Both the position numbers and the translations under genes were made by a program. From assembly GCA_013265495.1 (NCBI GenBank), contig MU057801.1, forward strand, positions 1,357,879 through 1,421,878: a DNA stretch of 64,000 nt, written 5' to 3'. How positions within the stretch are numbered: the stretch's first letter is position 1; each line of letters opens with the position of its first letter. Below, piece by piece: positions 48,918 through 60,383 of the stretch. Below the pieces are notes generated by a model. The model did not search any database, had not been told where the DNA came from, and saw nothing but the letters and a program-made list of their open reading frames with translations. Source of the stretch: Vicugna vicugna. Lineage: Eukaryota.

Positions 48918-50530
48918 TTTTCTGAGTGTCTTTTTTAGATTCCACATGTAAGGGAGATCATACAGTGTCTGCCTTTCTCTGTCTGGCTTATTTCATTCAG
49001 CAAAATGCCCTCAAGGTCCATCCAAGTCGTTGCAGACGGGAAAGTTTCCTTCTTCCTCGTGGCGGAATAATACTCCTTTGTGTAGACTTACCACATCTCC
49101 CTCATCCGCTCACCCACTGACAGGTTGATTCCGTATCTTGACTGTTGTGAGTAATGCTGCAATGGACACGGGAGTGCAGGTATCTCTACGAAATCCTGAC
49201 TTCAGTTCTTTGAATACTTCCCCAGAAGGGGGATTTCGGGATAAACTGTGACTGTTTCCCATCGTGGCTCTCGCAGTCTGCATTTCCACCAGCAGCGCAT
49301 GAGGGCTCCCTTTCCTCCACAACCTCGCCAACACTCATTATCGGGTGTCTTTTTTGGTGACGGCCGTTCTAACAGGTGTGAGTGATGTCTCTTCGTGGTT
49401 TTGATTTGCATTTCCAGTGATGAGGGGAGTTGGGCATCTTTCTGTGTGCCTGTTGGCCCTCTGTGTATTTTCTTTGGAAAACTGTCTGTTCTGTTCCTCT
49501 GCCTGTTTTTAACTCAGGTTGTTGGTCCTTGTCATCGTTGTTAGCGAGTTGTGCCACTAACAACACAATCTTCATGTGCTTTGAATATTACCCTCGCCTC
49601 AGGTCAGCAGCTTGCGGCTGTTCCGTCCCGCTCTGCAGGCTGCCTTTTATGTTGCCGGTTGTTTGCTGTGCGGGAGCCTGTTGGTGTGATGCGGCTCCTC
49701 GCCGTGTAGTTTTGCTCTTGGGGCTTGTACGTCCATTGTCGTATCACGGAATTGCTGCTGAGACCAGAGTCAAAGCTTTCCCCCCGTGTGTTCTCCTAGG
49801 AGTTTTATGGTTTTGGGTCTTAAATTTACACCTTTAATCCATTTCAGGTTTTTTTTTTGAGTGGTGTAAGATGGGGGGCTGTCCAATTTCACTCTTCCGC
49901 ACGTGGTTTTCCAGTTTCCCACACCATTTCCCCACTGAGTGTTCTTGCCTCCAGGGCCCAATATTAGTGGACTGTATATGTAGGGGTTTATTTCTGGGCT
50001 CTCAGTTATGTTCCACTGATCTTTTTTTGTCTTTCTTTGGCCAGCACCACCCTGCTCTGATTACTGTAGCTTTGCAGTGTAGGTTGAAATCAGGGAGTGT
50101 GACGTCTCCGGCTCTGTTCCTCTTTCTCATGATCGCCTTGGCTATTCAGGGTCTTCTGTGGCTCCAGGCAAGGTTTACAAGTGTTTTTTCTGCTCCTGTG
50201 AAGAATGCCACTGGAATTTGGACAGGGATTGTATTGATTCTGTAGGCAGCTTTGTATAGATGGGTGAATATGAGCATCTTAGCACTGTTAATTCTTCTGA
50301 CCCTTAAGTGTGAACCGTCTTCTCACTCACTGGTGTCTCCCTCAGTTTCCTTCACCAAAGTCGCACAGCTGTCGGTGCACAGGCCTCCCCCCTCCGTGGG
50401 CAGAGGGACTGACTTGAAGTGTTTCATTGGCTTTGACGCTGTTGTGAATGGGATGGTTTTCTTTCTTTCTTTCTCAAATGTATTGCTGTCAGTGTATAGA
50501 AACACAATTATTTTCTGAATTATGATTTTG
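48918..50530 (-). mobile_element. L1MA-like element, ORF2 distal part plus 3'UTR, frameshifted
   Basis: Peptides MQIKTTKRHH...ECWRGCGGKG, KWIKGVNLRPKTIKLLGE and QKIIVFLYTDS...IPFTTASK are L1 ORF2p-like. Confidence 0.9.
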
Positions 50531-50859
50531 TTTCCTTGTGTTTTTAAGTGAGGAAGCCACACACGTCTTATTTACAGAGTTATAATGTCAGAAACGTGGA
50601 TATGCCGCAAAGTGTGGGTGTCACCCATAGACTGTCAGAGTAAAGGCGGGATAAAGATGGACGAGAGGACTGGGAGGAGACAAGATGGCTCAGGGTGGTG
50701 CCCAAGGCTCGGGCCACGACTCTCCCAGTAGAGGGGGCGTCTGGTGTCCAGCCCAGCTCTGTCACCAGCTCAGGATATGGCAGCCCTCAGAGATGACCTG
50801 GACCTGCCACAGCCACGGAGCAGGAAGGGAAGACAGTGGCTTCAGGCATTTCAGTCCCC

Positions 50860-51030
50860 AGCCATGTGACCCTGGGGAAATTATTTAACCTCTCAGTGCC
50901 TCAGCTTCCTTGAGTATAAACAGTCATAATCATATGGGACTATTGTGAGGATTAACTCATACGACAGAACTTTAGAATGAAGCCTGGTTCAGTAAAACAT
51001 CTGTGTAAATATTATCTATTACTACTAATA
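50860..51030 (+). mobile_element. MIR SINE
   Basis: tgtgaccctggggaaattatttaacctctcagtgcctcagcttcct...attgtgaggatta. Confidence 0.85.
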
Positions 51031-51104
51031 GTAATAAAATTTTTTTCTAGAAGATTCTCCATGAGTGAGTTGCTTAGTTTCCATGGAGATCAAGCCAGGA
51101 TTAT

Positions 51105-51620
51105 AGAAGCAACCCACGTGCCCATCAATGGATGATTGGGTTAAGAAAATGTGGTGTATATATACAGCAGAATATTATTCAGCCATAAAAATGAATGCAA
51201 TACCCCCACTTGCAGCAGTGTGGATGGACCCAGAGAATATTACGCTTAGTGGAATAAGTCAGAGAAAGACAAGTACTATATGATATCACTTATATGTGGA
51301 ATCTAAAAAGTAATACATATGAATGTCTGTGCAAAATGGAAACAAACTCACATAGAAAACAAAGTCGTCATTATCAAAGGGGAGAGGAAAGGGGGAGGGG
51401 CAAATTAGGAGTATGGGATTAACAGATACAAACCACTATACAGAAAAGAGATAAGTGATAAAAATTTACTGTACAGCACTGGGAAATATACCCAATACCT
51501 TGTAATAACCTATAATGGAATATAATCTGCAAAAAAACTGAATCACTGTTGTATGTACACCTGAAACTAACACAACCATACTTAAACTAAAAAAAAAAAT
51601 TTAAAGAAAGTTAAAAAAAT
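51105..51620 (+). mobile_element. Cetartiodactyl L1 3' end with poly(A)
   Basis: gaagcaacccacgtgcccatcaatggatgattggg...tgatatcacttatatgtggaatctaaaa...acacctgaaactaacaca, then A-tail. Confidence 0.92.
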
Positions 51621-53849
51621 AAAGATCAAGCCAGTGTTCCCGTGTGGTCTCTGACGGCTGGAAGTTCTTGGTTCCCAAAAGCCCCCTCCTTGGCTTCCGA
51701 TCCTTGATGAATAGAATTACAGGGAGTAGGAGATATTCCACGAGCGCAGACACTGGGGCCAGTCGTGGGCAGAGGGTGGGCCCCAGACCCTCCACTTGTG
51801 ACACCTGATGCCTCTAGCCGGCACTCTCTCCTGACACCACACACACCTGTCACAGGAGGAGGAAGTGGCACTGGCTTGCGGGACAATGGAATTGGAATCC
51901 GTGTCCAAGGTGACTTCTTCCACTTTAGAAATGGGCAGGATGCATGCGGGTCTGGCCTCACTTTCTGTCCCACCCAGTCCTCATTTGCAGCCCAGGTGAC
52001 GGTGCAGACGGGCTGGCCCCTGCTGGTGCGCAGCCACTGTGGGAAGCCCTTTGGGCCAAAACAGACAAGTTTCCCCCAATTAGCACATGCGCCCCTGTGA
52101 CAGAGACACAGCCCCTGGTGGCTCCCCGAGCCGGAGGCCCCTGGACTGAGACAACTCCCTGCAGGCAGCCAGCTGCCCTCCCCTCGGATGGAAACCGCCC
52201 CCCGCTTCTTCAATATTGACCCACAAGGGAAGAAAAAAGGCATCTTAATACTTTTTCTGTAGAGAATGAAGCAGCTTATTTAATATTATTTGGATAACAA
52301 GCCTCCCCATGAACAGGATTCGAATGTCAGTTGTCTTAGGGGAAAAAAGATTTATTGCTTGGTAAATATTGAGAAAGAAAAGTTGATAAAGAGCAGCCTC
52401 AGCTGCAGCTTCTGTCCGGAGCAGGAGAACAGGCCTGTGTTGTATTTTGGGGCCCTGGGAAGGCAAAAAATTGTGAATGTCTTTCTTTGTTGCTGGGTGT
52501 AAAAGTGGCGACCGCTACAAATAATTTCTTATTTCTGTTCGCATAGATTTTAAATTATGTCGCTTCCCTACCTTGTTAAGTATTAAAGCGTTCTTGTTTA
52601 AGGAAAAGCCACTTAAATAATGAAGCTTATGTATCTTGTTTTCAGGCATCAATATCTGGCTTTGAGTGGCACAAAGAGATCAAGGAATGTGGGTTCAGAG
52701 CTGGCCGGGATGCTTGGCAATGCTAATTCCACCCCAGACTGCAAATGGGCACAAAACTGTTGAAACTTTTGTTGAAGAGCGGGCTGGGTGAGCACGTGGG
52801 GCTGGGAAATTGTATTTTCTTCGTCGAGTTCTTCTGTTTCTGAATAGTTAATCCCACTGTTCTCGCCTTCAGTGAAGATCTCTTTAGCAAAGGGGCGCTT
52901 TCCTGAAATTGCTTTGGGCAACACAGACCCTGGATTCAGAAAACGTGTGTGGGATGCTGGTTTCAGCAGACGTGACGCGGGGAAAGACTGCCATCTGGTG
53001 GGCAGCTGGGTCCTCGCACCTGTGCGCGCGCCCAGGCTGCGGGAGGCAGGGCTTGGGGACTGAGGGTGCAGGCAGGTGGGTGTCTTTATAGAACACCCAG
53101 AGAACAGCTGGCAGGTGTCAGTCCTCCCTATGTCTACTGCTGTTCCCTGACCTGCACGGTGCAGGTGCGCAGTCCCTGCTGCATGGCAGTGAGGTACCAA
53201 AGTGGGGAAGACCCAGTCTCGTGGTGAAGAGTAAGAAGCAAACACGCATCTACGAAGTGCCTCCTGCGTGCCCGGTGGAGGACTGGCCGAGGACCCCAGG
53301 TGAGGGAAGGAGGCGGCGAGCTGTGTCCAGGGTCATCGGTGTCAGCGTGGATGGGTGGGGGCGGTGAGGGACGAGGACAGGCGTCTTGTCCTTCCTCATC
53401 TAGGACGTGGGGTTGATCCTCCGCAAAGCCAGGTGTGAGCAGGCAAGGTCCAGGGAGCTCTGATTTATTTATCATTTCAAAATTAAAGAAAAGTCTGATT
53501 GTAAAACTGCTATACGTGTGTTGTAAAAAGAAGGAAATCTAACAACAGTGCACAAATGAGAAAAGACAGGACCGAAGGCCCTGCTGGTTACCCGCCGTTA
53601 ACAAGTAGGTGGCCATCCCGGGGGACATCTAGCTTTCACTCTCGCTGGATGGAAATTTAAAGTGCTCTTTACAGGACTGGAATTCAGCCTCGCGTTCTCT
53701 TCCGTCACCTGCCGTTCATTCAACACTGTCATGGGCTTCCTTGCAGGTCAATAAACACAGGTCTGCGCCATCGCTGTTACTGATTACGTAATATGGAACA
53801 TTGACTTGCTGCCTGTCCTGTGCCAGCGCCCAGTGCTCTACCCAGGTGA

Positions 53850-53950
53850 TCGTAGGCAGGGTTTCTTATTGTGCCCATTTCACAGATGGGGAGACCGAAG
53901 CACGAGGGAATTGAGCAGCTCTGCCACAGCACCTGACTTCAGAGCCCTGC
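53850..53950 (-). mobile_element. MIR SINE
   Basis: ttattgtgcccatttcacagatggggagaccgaagcac. Confidence 0.7.
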
Positions 53951-53989
53951 TCTGACGGCCGGGCTGCCGGTGCTCCGTGCTTCGTTTAC

Positions 53990-55360
53990 TGACTCTTCAC
54001 TGATGGGCATCAAGTTGCTTCCTATTTCTTTGGTATAAAAAATAAGGATGTAACAAAACTGTGGGGCTTGTATGTCTTTGTGCATTAGTGCGTCCTCTCA
54101 TGAAGTTAGCACGAACGTGGGTCAAGGTGTCGCTCAGGTTCAGTGTGCTCCGTGTCTGGCTCCCCTCCAGGCGGACGTACCAGCTCCGACTCCCGCCCTG
54201 CGTTGCGAGCATCCCCGGGGCGCCACGTCCTTGTCAATGCGAGGCCTTCCTCGTCCCTGCAGAATGCTTTTTCTTTTCCCTCTGCTTTTTATTTTGAAAA
54301 ATAGTCTTTGAAAGAATTGCCGTGATAAGCAGACTGAGCCCGTAAATTCTCCAGCTCTTGTGGATCCACCAGTTGTTAACATTCTGACTCGTGTTTGTTT
54401 TTATCAAGCGCTTAGAGTTAGTTATAGACCTCGGGGCACGCGGCCCTCAGGCACTTCAGTGTGTATCTCTCTTACGAACAAGGACGTGTTCTTCCGTGAG
54501 CACCCTATAATCACCACACTTGGCAAATTTTACATCGATGTGATACTTTCCGAAGGTAAAGTCCACAGCAAATTATTGAATACTTACTAGAGTCTTGTTT
54601 TGATCCAGCACGGAGTCAAGGGTGACATGCAGTTTCGTAGTCATCGGGAACCGTTCTCGAGTCTCCTCTGTGGCCTCTCGTGGCTCTGACCCCGGGAGAG
54701 TCTTTGAGAGCGTTCCTCAGCCTGGGTTCGTCTGCTGGCTTCTAGGGGATTCGCTTTAGCCTCCCTGCGGTTGCCAGGCTTCCTACCCAATGACACGGCT
54801 TCTGGAGGAACATGATCCCACCTGTCCTGTGACGGTTGATGTGAACTTCCTGATCACGTGGGTAAGGAGGTGTCTCTCCATTGGAAAAATGCCCCGATCC
54901 TGTGCTTAACGAGTGATGACTGAGCGATGCTTTGAGAGCCAGTATTCGCTCACCCGATGACGGCAGACACCACGGGTGCTCCTCGTCCGACTTGGTGACT
55001 GTGCTGCTGCCTGTAAAGTGATGAGTTTCATTCTCTGTTACTCCCTTTGCATTCTTTTTTTTGAGTGGCCACTGTTCTGGGAGGAAAAGCTTTCCCTTCC
55101 ATCCCTCACCTTTTCCAGTATCGGTAGCGACTCACGGATTCTTTTGGTGCTCAGTGTGTTTCTGCAGCTACCTGTTCTGAGAGCCAGATCACCCCAGATT
55201 TGGCCAATGACGGCCCTTCAGGCTGGACCCCACCCAGGGCGTGTCCTTATTTTGTGACACAAGATGTTTCATGGAGGCTTCCCTTGATCGCTCCTTGCTT
55301 CCAGCCTGGAATCAGCCGTTCCTCCAGACCCGCCCGTCCTTGGCTCGTGGTTTAATCTCT
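53990..55360 (-). mobile_element. Degraded old L1 fragments (L1ME then L1MC5-like)
   Basis: tgatgggcatcaagttgcttcc...; tttattttgaaaa...caccagttgttaacatt; ccagatttggccaatg...ctggaatcagccgttcctcca. Confidence 0.6.
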
Positions 55361-55374
55361 CCCTATTATTACTT

Positions 55375-56030
55375 AAAGACTTGATATACGGCACTGTTGC
55401 CTTTTCCGGTGTACAGGTTTCAGATTTTCCATCAAGATGCGGAGCAGTCCCATCACCCCAGGAGCTCCTTGGCTGCCTGTCTGGAGTGAGACGCCCCCCC
55501 AGCAGCCCTGACAGCCTCTGACCTTTTCTCCATCTCTGCAACTTTACCGTCCGGGGATGTGACAGGAAATGGGACCACACGGAAGCAGCAGCGTCTTGCG
55601 TCTGGCTCCCGCGCTCAGCACGATGCCTGGCGCCCCCCCCCCGCCCCGCCGGCGCAGGCGGCAACAGCGCCCTTAGCCCGTCGCGCTTGTCCGCCCGCCC
55701 GGCCGCTGCGGGGCGCTGGCGGCCGCTTCCAGTTTCCGCTGGTCCTGAGCAGCGCGGCCTCGGCGCTCCCTTGTCGGTCCTCTCCGCTGAGTGTGTGTGA
55801 GCGCGGAGGGAGCGCGGCTGCCGACCCGGGCCGCGCGGCAAGCGAGCGCCTGCCGTGCCCGGCGCAGCGCCCAGGCCGCTCGACGCCCGCCCCTCGCCGC
55901 CGCCGCCGCGCTGGTTGCGATCTTTCCGTCCTTCTGGTACACGTGTAGTGTCCCCGTGCTTTTCAGTCTTCGCCAGTGTGACGGTGAGTAGCAAGCGCAC
56001 ACCCAGCACGTGCTGGCCGCTTCCTAACAC
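55375..56030 (-). mobile_element. Old L1 3' region whose distal half is a CpG island
   Basis: ccatcaagat...cccatcacccca...aaatgggaccacacgg...gtctggctccc...cttccagttt stay colinear with in-window L1 copies at 13300-13620, 33500-33870 and 47750-48120. Confidence 0.7.
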
Positions 56031-56040
56031 TGAGAATCGG

Positions 56041-56492
56041 CGTTACCGCGGCAAACCTCAGTAAAAGGGAACCTCAGGAAGGAGCCGGGAGGCCACGCGG
56101 GCCCCCACGCAGCGCCCCTCAGGGTCAGCGCGGGGCCCAACGGGACAGAGCGCCGTGCGTCCCAGCAGGAAGGCGCACCGCCTTGCTGCCGCCACCAGGA
56201 GGGGAAGGGCTTTCCTCCTCGCCTGGCGACGGCTCAGCCAATGGCCGACTGTCGCGACTCAGCCCGGAAAAGCCGCCGCACCTTGAGCTCCCGCTCCTCC
56301 AGTGGCCTTTGTCCGCAACAGCCCTTCCTAACCGCCCCGCCTCCTCTGTAAAAGAGTTTCCCCTCCCTTGCTTTACCTTTTCGCTGGTGCTTCACCATAG
56401 TGGCGTGTCTCGAACTGCATTTTTTTGCTGCTCTGGAATGAACTCATTTTGCTGGTAAAAATAACTGGCAATCTTACTGTTTCAGTTTAACA
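56041..56492 (+). mobile_element. Probable ERV1 (MER34-like) solo LTR
   Basis: cagccaat box, ctgtaaaag TATA-like, gaatgaactcattttgct degenerate polyA region, ends tttaaca; 5' boundary and TSD unclear. Confidence 0.55.
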
Positions 56493-56654
56493 GTATTTTA
56501 TAATGCCAAGAATTACAACCAGTCTCATAGATAAAAGAGATGTTTTATGATATTTAAATTTTTGCTTTTGCTGTTATTGCTATGAGGAACATTAAAGTGG
56601 CTCATTTTTAAAATATTTTATTTCTTTAATTAAATTTTTTAATTACATTTAATT

Positions 56655-57445
56655 AATTTTTTATTGAAGTAGCGTTGGTTTACAGTATTGCGGTAGTTTC
56701 AAGCGTGCGGCATAGTGACTCAGTTATACACATGTGTATCATTTTCAGATTCTTTTTCATTATAGGCTGATACAGGCGATTGAACACAGTTCCTGTGCTC
56801 TACAGCAGGACCTTGTTGTTTATCTATTTTGTGTACAGTAGTGTGTGTCTATGAATCCCAGACTCCTAATTCATCCCTCCCACCCCTCCCTTTCCTCTTT
56901 GGTAACCATAGTTCTTCTATGTCCATGAGTCTGCTTCTGTTTTGTAAACAGATTGATTTGTATTATTGTTTAGATTCCACATATAAGTGATATCGTATAT
57001 TTGTCTTTCTCTGTCTGACTTACTTCACTTAGTATGATCATCTCTAGGTCCATCCATGTTGCTGCAATTGGCAGCATTTCATTCTTTTTTATGCATGAAT
57101 AGCATTCCATTGTATGTGTGTATGTATATAGTGTATCTGTCTATCTATCTCTATCTATCTGTATGTCCACCCACACCACGTCTTTATCCAGTCATCTGCT
57201 GATGGACATTTAGTTGCTTCTATGTCTTAGCTATTTTAAGTAGTGCTGCTATGAACACTGAGGTGCATGTATCTTTTCAAAATAGAATTTTTGTGTTTTC
57301 CAATGCCCAGGAGTAGGACTGCTGGATCATAGGGTAACTCTAGTTTTTAAGGACCCTCCATACTGTTCTCCATGGTGGCTGCACCAATTTACGTTCCCAC
57401 CAACGGCGTAGGAGGGTTCCCCTTTCTCCAAACCATCTCCAGCAT
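56655..57445 (-). mobile_element. Cetartiodactyl L1 3' end
   Basis: ttttattgaagtagcgttggtttacag...tagattccacatataagtgata...ccctccatactgttctccatggtggctgcaccaatttac; peptide [28 protein letters not shown]. Confidence 0.92.
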
Positions 57446-58554
57446 AAAATGGCTTGATTTTTATACTGAGAGAGAGGACGACTGACAGGTGTGTTCCTGC
57501 CTGAAGGTGTCCTGTCCTCTGACTGCTTCGTCCTGTCTCTGGCATTTCTGGTGCCCGTGGCCCCTTCCACAGCTCCTGGTTTTCGTGGCGGCCACGAGTG
57601 AGAAATAACGGTCAGCTCTTTCTCTCTCTCTCTGCTGACTAAAGACGAGGGAGCAGAGTCACGTGGAGGAGAAGGCAAAGCCAGTACCAGCTGCGGCAGA
57701 TCAGGGCGTGGGCCCTGTTTCTGCACAGTCCTTCCAGCTCCCACCGGGGATTGTTACACTCAGTTCAGTTTGATTCAGCTCCACAAAACCACCGGTGGCA
57801 CCGGCAGGGGCGGGTCCCATGCTGCTCACTGGAGTCACTGATGTCAATAAGACCCTGTTCTCAGAGGGGCTCCAGGCTCACAGAGACAGGCTGGGAGGAG
57901 ACGTGGACGGGATCAGCCATGGGGTTGGTGAGGCCACGAGTCTTAGCCGGATGAGCCGCGGTCTGACCTCGGAAGGAAAGGGCGCAGCTGTCGGAGGCTG
58001 AGCTGAGCTCTGAGTGACCGTGGCTGTCTGAACCTGCCTCTTCCCCTCCCAGCTTCCCATTCAGAAGAAAAAAACAGTGTTAAGCTCATGCGTGGGTCTG
58101 GAGGACAACCAGAGACGGCATTTTACAGCTGCCAAGGTCTGAAATGCTCGGTTGGCTCTGCGGCTACGAAACCACCTGCCGGGTACAGAGCAGGTGCTCA
58201 CCGCGCCTGGAGGAACGACCCTGCTTGCCAGAGCGCTCGCATAGAGGAGAGCTGTCGACCGAGCGAAGCTGCCGGCCCCGCTGGCCCGGGGCACAGGGCA
58301 GCTCCACTGTCCGGGTCTCCCGCTGGCCCTGGCACGGCCGGGGCGGCCACTGGAGACTTGCTGTCTGAAGCCACTTCCTTGGGGTTGAAGGAGACTGCCC
58401 CGGGGGAACCTCAGGCTGGAACCCAAGTGTTCGCCCAGTTCAGCATAAATGCAAAGGCTGATTTATCTTGGAAGCTGTCCTCTCTCCTTGGGAAACATGT
58501 CGGCCTTTGGTGGGGGCTCTCTTCTTCCGGTCCAGAACTGAACGTGGGACTTCC

Positions 58555-59080
58555 GTGCTGGTCGCAGAGTGGGCTTGAACCAGCCAGGAGGCAAAACCAC
58601 ATGGTTGTTTGAACATAGAGAATTTTGTAGAAAGAACTGTTAACTGGGCAACTGCAGGGCAAAAGCTGACTCTGAGGTGCTCTGCTGTTGGAGTCTGTAG
58701 GAAATCACTTCCTCTGGGGACGAGTGAACAAAGGAAGGTTGGAGATTATCCAAACATAGAAACTCGAGGAGGGGCCTGTGGATCTCAGATGTCTGAGCAG
58801 GCGACGCACGGAAGTTGGTCCTGCCAGCGTCAGGGCCACTGCAGACTCAGTTGAGTTGCTGCTGCGGGTAGGAACCACCGCCAGCTGGTGGAGACACATC
58901 ACTGAGGGACACAGACAGTCACAGGAAGGGACCCTCCCCTCCCCCCCCAGTCTCCCTCTATCACCTCCTGGCAGAGGCTGACGGGGGCAGCCGGCCGAGC
59001 AGAAATGTGGACGCAACAGCCTAAAGCCCAATATGGAAGGTGGGTCTGGAGCTTGGCGATAACAGCTCAGCGGCTGGCCC
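58555..59080. mobile_element. LTR78/LTR79-like ancient LTR
   Basis: ccaggaggcaaaaccacatggttgtttgaacatagagaatttt...aaagaactgttaactgg and gaaggtgggtctggagcttggcgataacagctc. Confidence 0.55.
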
Positions 59081-59167
59081 CTTGTTTACTGGGTCGGTCT
59101 GAATGACTGGATAATTGTGTGTGCAATAAACGTCCAAGCGTTTACTTTCACTCAATAATTATCTCAT

Positions 59168-59270
59168 GATGCATGTAGGTCAAATCGTCGTGCTGGACGC
59201 CCTGAACTTATACAGTGCTGTATGTGAATTATATCTCAATAAAACTGGAAATCAAAGAAAAGAAAAAGCA
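59168..59270 (+). mobile_element. Short L1 3' terminus
   Basis: tcaaatcgtcgtgctggacgccctgaacttatacagtgctgtatgtgaattatatctcaataaaactggaaa. Confidence 0.75.
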
Positions 59271-59659
59271 AAGACACTTTTTGCAAAATAAATATTTTAT
59301 AAAACATTTCTATGTAATAACTGACACACATAAAAGACAATGTATATTTTATTTTTCAATTTATGAAGCATGATACTAAAATAAGCAACGACTCCATTAT
59401 CCATCTCGAGAACTGGCACGTCACCCACTGTCCGTGCCTCCCTGTTCTCCTTCGCTTACCTTCGAAGGATAAGCAGCATCTGGAATGCTGTGGGAAGTCG
59501 AAAACGTCTCCGCCCCCTCTTCTATTTGAAAAAACATTTTTATAGAAAAATTGCCAAAGTAGTACAATAAATGTCCACTTGCCCTTTGTTGAGACTCACC
59601 AGCTGTCAGCAGTTGCCTCCTCTGTGCCGCTGTCCCTGGCTGGCGGGCCGCCTCTGCTG

Positions 59660-59917
59660 TTTTTCTGACTGAAGTCTGGTCAGTTCACCGTGTGGCGGTT
59701 TCTGGCGCACAGCGTCACGTTTCAGTCGGACATACACATACATGCATTTGTTTTCATGTTCTTTTTCACTATAGGTCACTACAAGACATTGAATATAGAT
59801 CTCTGTGCTGTGCAGTAGAACCTTGTTTATCTATTTTATCTGCAGTAGTTAACCTTTGCAAATCTTGAACTCCCAGTTTATCCCCCACCCCGCCCTGGGA
59901 ACCATAAGTTTATCTAT
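59660..59917 (-). mobile_element. Young lineage-specific L1 3' end
   Basis: Homologous to 15631-15890: tgaagtctggtcagtt...ttttcatgttctttttcac...tttgcaaatcttgaactccc. Confidence 0.85.
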
Positions 59918-60383
59918 TGTTAAGGAGAAACAATGCAGGAACACCTGTTACAGAGGGAAAGGCAGACTTCACTCGGGCGCATCGCAGTAGGTGCAGGGAC
60001 CTTGGTGCCGGGATTTTGCGTTGGGGCAGAGAGAGACTGGGCTCATCCCCGCCGCAGCCTGGGCAGGTGGGAATTCATAGCCAAGGAGTGGAGTAGGTCT
60101 GTGGATGAGAAGTTACTCAGAGGAAACATCGGGGTGAAAGGGTTCTGTCTGGTTAAACTGACCTAGTGGAGTTCTCTGCTGAAGACAGGCCTGGTGAGCA
60201 GACACCGCCGGGGTGGGGGGTGGCGCTAGGGGAGAAGGAGCCGGTCAGGTACTGAGGGCGATCAGATACTCAGTGTGGGGTTTTGCTTACACTGACGTAG
60301 GGGCGTTCTTGCTAAAACTGGATTTTACAAGGTGCACAGATGGGCCTTGGAGAAGGTTCGGGAGCCGGACTGAAGTTTGGTCA
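59918..60383 (-). mobile_element. MER31-like ERV1 solo LTR
   Basis: tgttaagg...gagagagactgggctca...atagccaaggag...ttcttgctaaaactgga...ctgaagtttggtca; TG...CA ends. Confidence 0.7.

Noticed and set aside
55560..55960. ADAR/APOBEC hyper-editing as the cause of the GC shift
   Set aside because: Both A->G and T->C appear on the same strand and the shift extends across element boundaries, unlike strand-specific editing before integration.
55269..56030. 253-aa ORF and apparent promoter CpG island
   Set aside because: The sequence is a GC-shifted L1 remnant; the frame is open because stops were lost.
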